64,000 nucleotides of DNA from Chrysemys picta bellii (lineage: Eukaryota): positions 51,212,001 to 51,276,000 of the forward strand of contig NC_088796.1 of the NCBI RefSeq assembly GCF_011386835.1, in the 5' to 3' direction. Positions 60,750 through 64,000 of this stretch are shown here, piece after piece. The position numbers and the translations under genes are program-made. Each line of letters opens with the position of its first letter. Within the stretch, counting starts at the first letter, position 1. Below the pieces are notes generated by a model. It worked only from the letters and a program-made list of their open reading frames with translations. It did not search any database and had not been told where the DNA came from.

Positions 60750-63700
60750 GGTAATATGTAGTCAAATTTACAACCAGACCCACAGACTTCTAACTAAAAT
60801 GAAATTTAGTCCTGTCTACAGAATGAGTTTAACTTTCCATTAGAGGCTGAGATAGGTTTCAGTCCATATGTTGATAGAAGGGTGAGAATATGGGGCAGAA
60901 TTAATGTTATTTTAATGCACTGTAAATTATACACTTATTTGAACTGCGAGGGTATTAGAGTCTCCACCTCTCCTTTATTGTTAATTTCCATAGTTGAGAT
61001 TTCTTGAGCTTTTGTTTACCTGTATTGTTTCTTGATATGCATATACTTTCGCTTCAAAGTTCTTTTGCAATCTTAACTTAAAATTATTAGTGGACATAAA
61101 ACTCCTAAAGACTTATGGACAGAATTTTCAAACCTGAGTGCCTAAAGTTGGGCACCTATGTAAAAGTGGTCTGATTTCGAGAGGTGCTAAAAACAAGTGG
61201 CTTCAAGTTTTAGCTACCTAAAATTTAGATACCCAATTTTGAAAATCGGTCTGGCAATGGTGAAGACTTCACAGCATGACGCACATTCACTTGAAATTTC
61301 ATGAACTAAAAGGTACCTGGTTCACCTTCCCCTATAAATTAAATAAAGTTGCATACAATAAAAAGTGTTTTGAAAGGTTTACTGCATATGCCCAGTAGCT
61401 AATTTTCAATTAATAACTCAGCCATTTGAACTTTAAAACAAATGGGGCTTTATTCAAGTAACGTCATATTACAAACAAAGCAACTTGAATGAAGATGTCC
61501 CAAACTATCTATGTCTCCTTTTTTTTTTTTTTTTTTTCAAACTATAAGTGAATTTAGCGCTCATTAAGAGGTGTCAAAATGACAGCCTTAGAGATTGAAG
61601 TCCTCTTCACACAGAATGGATAAGAGATGGGCATCAACAGGGCAAGTTTTTTCATCCGGTCCTGGCAACATGCCTCAAACTTACTCTGGAGGGACCACAT
61701 CTAGGGACAGAGTAGTTCGAACTCCATGTTTATTCATTGATTGACCTCTCTTACAGAGAGTATCACTTGGTAATGGATTTTGTGATGTAAACAGTTATTC
61801 ATTAGGAATTGGATTAAGATCACCCATTAATTTCACATAGGCCTCTGGACACCATTCAGATGATACAGAAATATTTAGAAATTGCTTATTCATTAAAACT
61901 GGTAATAAATTTTCCAAACTCTAGAAATATATTTTTTGTTGAAGGGACAATATGGCTGATTTTGTTTGCCATGTGGAGGTCTTGTTTAAAATCCCACCCA
62001 CCCCCATTTTAAAACAAACAAGAAAAAAATTCTGATGAAGAAGCATGCTGATAGCAATCAGTAGCAAGTGTGTCACCAGTAACCAAGTGCTTTTTGTTTT
62101 AAGAGTATGACATTGTAATAAACCCTGACCTTCCCTTGAGAAACACAAAGTCATAAGCACAAGAGAGTTTATGCATTAAGGATTAATCAATGTTTAGTGA
62201 TGATTGAATGTAAAATCAAACATCCAAGGATAGAAATCAATTTGCCTTGTTGCAGAAGGAGACTCAACAGTTGAAAAACTGCCCTATAAAACTGGGACAA
62301 ACACTTGATGATTTGAAGGTCCTGCAGAAATTGTCTAAAAATCTTAGAACTGACTCATGAACATGAAGGTAGTGGGGGATTGTGGAATTTATTGTTTTTT
62401 TTTTATTATTAAAAAAGTTGTTCAGACACCTCTGCTGTTACACTAAAACAGCATCATGCTAGGTGCTCCTTCCCACCAACAGAACAAGTAACAAAAGAAC
62501 ATGTGGGTATATGACAAATTCCCCTGTTTCTGGCCTTTTCCTCAGCATCCCAGAATCTAATTTGGTGCACCAGCTGCTGTCACCACAATGCTGACATTCA
62601 GGGCATTGTGGTGTCCACAGTCATTACAATAGTTTGCCAAAACAGAGCAAAGCTAATCCACGTAACTCCACGGTGGCTCTTCTGCTCTTAGTTTAGATCT
62701 TCTTCCATCAATGTTTCCCTTCCAGAAGTTTTTAAAACATTTTGAGATCCTTAAGAGTGAAAGGTGTCCTACAATTGTATTTCCCCCCCCCCCCTCCCCC
62801 TTTATTCTGCTGGTCTCACAAAGCTGCTTTTTCCTGGGCCCCTCTTTCAAAGCCATGCAGAAAAGATAAACTCCATAGTCTAGCTTATGAATAGTGATCT
62901 CTGAAGAAACACTTTCCTTCAAAATGTATTTCCCCTGTAGTGTGTGGTTCACCATTTTTCAAACTCTATAATAAATTTTTAAATATGGGAAATCATTGTT
63001 CCCCATGTGATGTTCTAGTAAAAGACCTCTGGTACTCTGCCACTTTAACTTAAAGATCCACCTAGTATAACCCTTAAAATAAAAGTACCAGGTATAGATG
63101 CTAATGCTAATAGAACTAGGACTGATAGTGTCTCTGCTGTTTCTCCTCCACATAGTTCATGCTTCATCAACTCAGATACTCTGTTGGAATGGTGATTAAT
63201 TTATCTGAAATATTAATACAATTCTCAAAAAAATTCTACACTTTATCTTCTGTAACAAACTTGCTTTCATTTATTTAATTGATTTCACATACTGTATTTC
63301 ATTAACACTTCTGCAACAAAAGTGGATGAATTAGGAGCCCTGTCCTGTAAGTTACAGATCTTTAAGCTTCCATAATGCCCAAGTAATTAATTATCTCTCC
63401 CATGCCTGGTTTCCCCCAAAATTTATTCTCCCTTTCATCTGAATCAAGATTTTCTTTACTAATCTCTTCTGAGAAAGTCCATTGGAGCTCTGGGGGCCTT
63501 GTAATTTTGTTTACGTGGAACTACGAAATTTTGATCTTGTTCATCATATTTGAAAGTTCAGAGAAAGCACCTGTGTCCATGGAACAAGTCATGTCCACCA
63601 GGCTGAGGGCATCCCTTGCACATTAATAATGGACGCTCATTGTGGCTATAGGAACTACAAGTAGACAATACTTTTCAAGATTTAGCCCATTTTGTTCCAC

Positions 63701-63829
63701 TTTTGACTTATTTTGGGGAAAGTTCCTCACTGGCTTAACTTTTTATTTCTGGTGCAGTAGGAGGAAAATGGAAGTTTCATCTGAAAGAACTGGCAGCACC
63801 AAAATTAAATTATTATTTGTATTGTGATT

Positions 63830-63925
63830 GCACTTGGGAGCGCAGTCACTAATTAGGGCCCCATTGTGCTTGGCACTGTACAAACTGAACAAAAAGATGA
63901 CCCATGCCTGAAGAGTTTACAATCC
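63830..63925 (-). mobile_element. L2-tailed SINE 3' fragment
   Basis: gggccccattgtgcttggcactgtacaaac...atgcctgaagagtttacaatc is the reverse complement of the tail at 55150-55230. Confidence 0.65.
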
Positions 63926-64000
63926 AAGAAGCAATAGTAGTTAGTAGTAAAAAATATGTCCTAATCTATTTTATAACAGTACATTGAGCAGAAACCCTAG

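Noticed and set aside
1-64000. Prokaryotic features (CRISPR arrays, operons, rRNA, defence systems) and additional ATG10 exons
   Set aside because: The sequence is vertebrate intron. No regularly spaced repeat-spacer array or rRNA was seen, and neither the EHP...HPC catalytic exon nor the N-terminal ATG10 exons were found by eye.

Overview
Eukaryotic, almost certainly turtle, genomic DNA. The evidence is a tortoise-type tRNA-derived Pol III SINE plus its CR1 partner LINE, CpG depletion and amniote repeat families. The window lies inside the ATG10 gene (autophagy E2-like conjugating enzyme, + strand). Only two coding exons are present: 40937-41063 (127 nt) and 53391-53488 (98 nt), joined in frame by a 12,327-nt GT-AG intron. 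Neither the upstream exons nor the exon with the catalytic HPC cysteine were found. The rest is intron, heavily filled with decayed mobile elements: a Gypsy pol remnant with its 3' LTR, two DIRS (tyrosine-recombinase) retrotransposons, several CR1 LINEs, a non-autonomous LTR element with a tRNA-Ser primer site, two related solo LTRs, many hAT MITEs with perfect 8-bp TSDs, SINEs and Penelope fragments. Almost all ORFs in the supplied track are TE fragments or low-complexity artefacts, and the track misses the first ATG10 exon entirely. I found no convincing wholly new multi-gene system. The best leads are a strongly flanked 85-nt candidate poison exon (4817-4901), Penelope-type hammerhead ribozyme remnants in the sense strand of the ATG10 pre-mRNA, a foldback hAT carrying an inverted duplication of its dimerization-domain coding region, an unclassified composite repeat with an internal tRNA-like Pol III module, and an unexplained diverged ~190-bp direct repeat. 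Repeat boundaries were read by eye and are approximate unless a TSD is quoted; family assignments are from motif recognition, not database searches.
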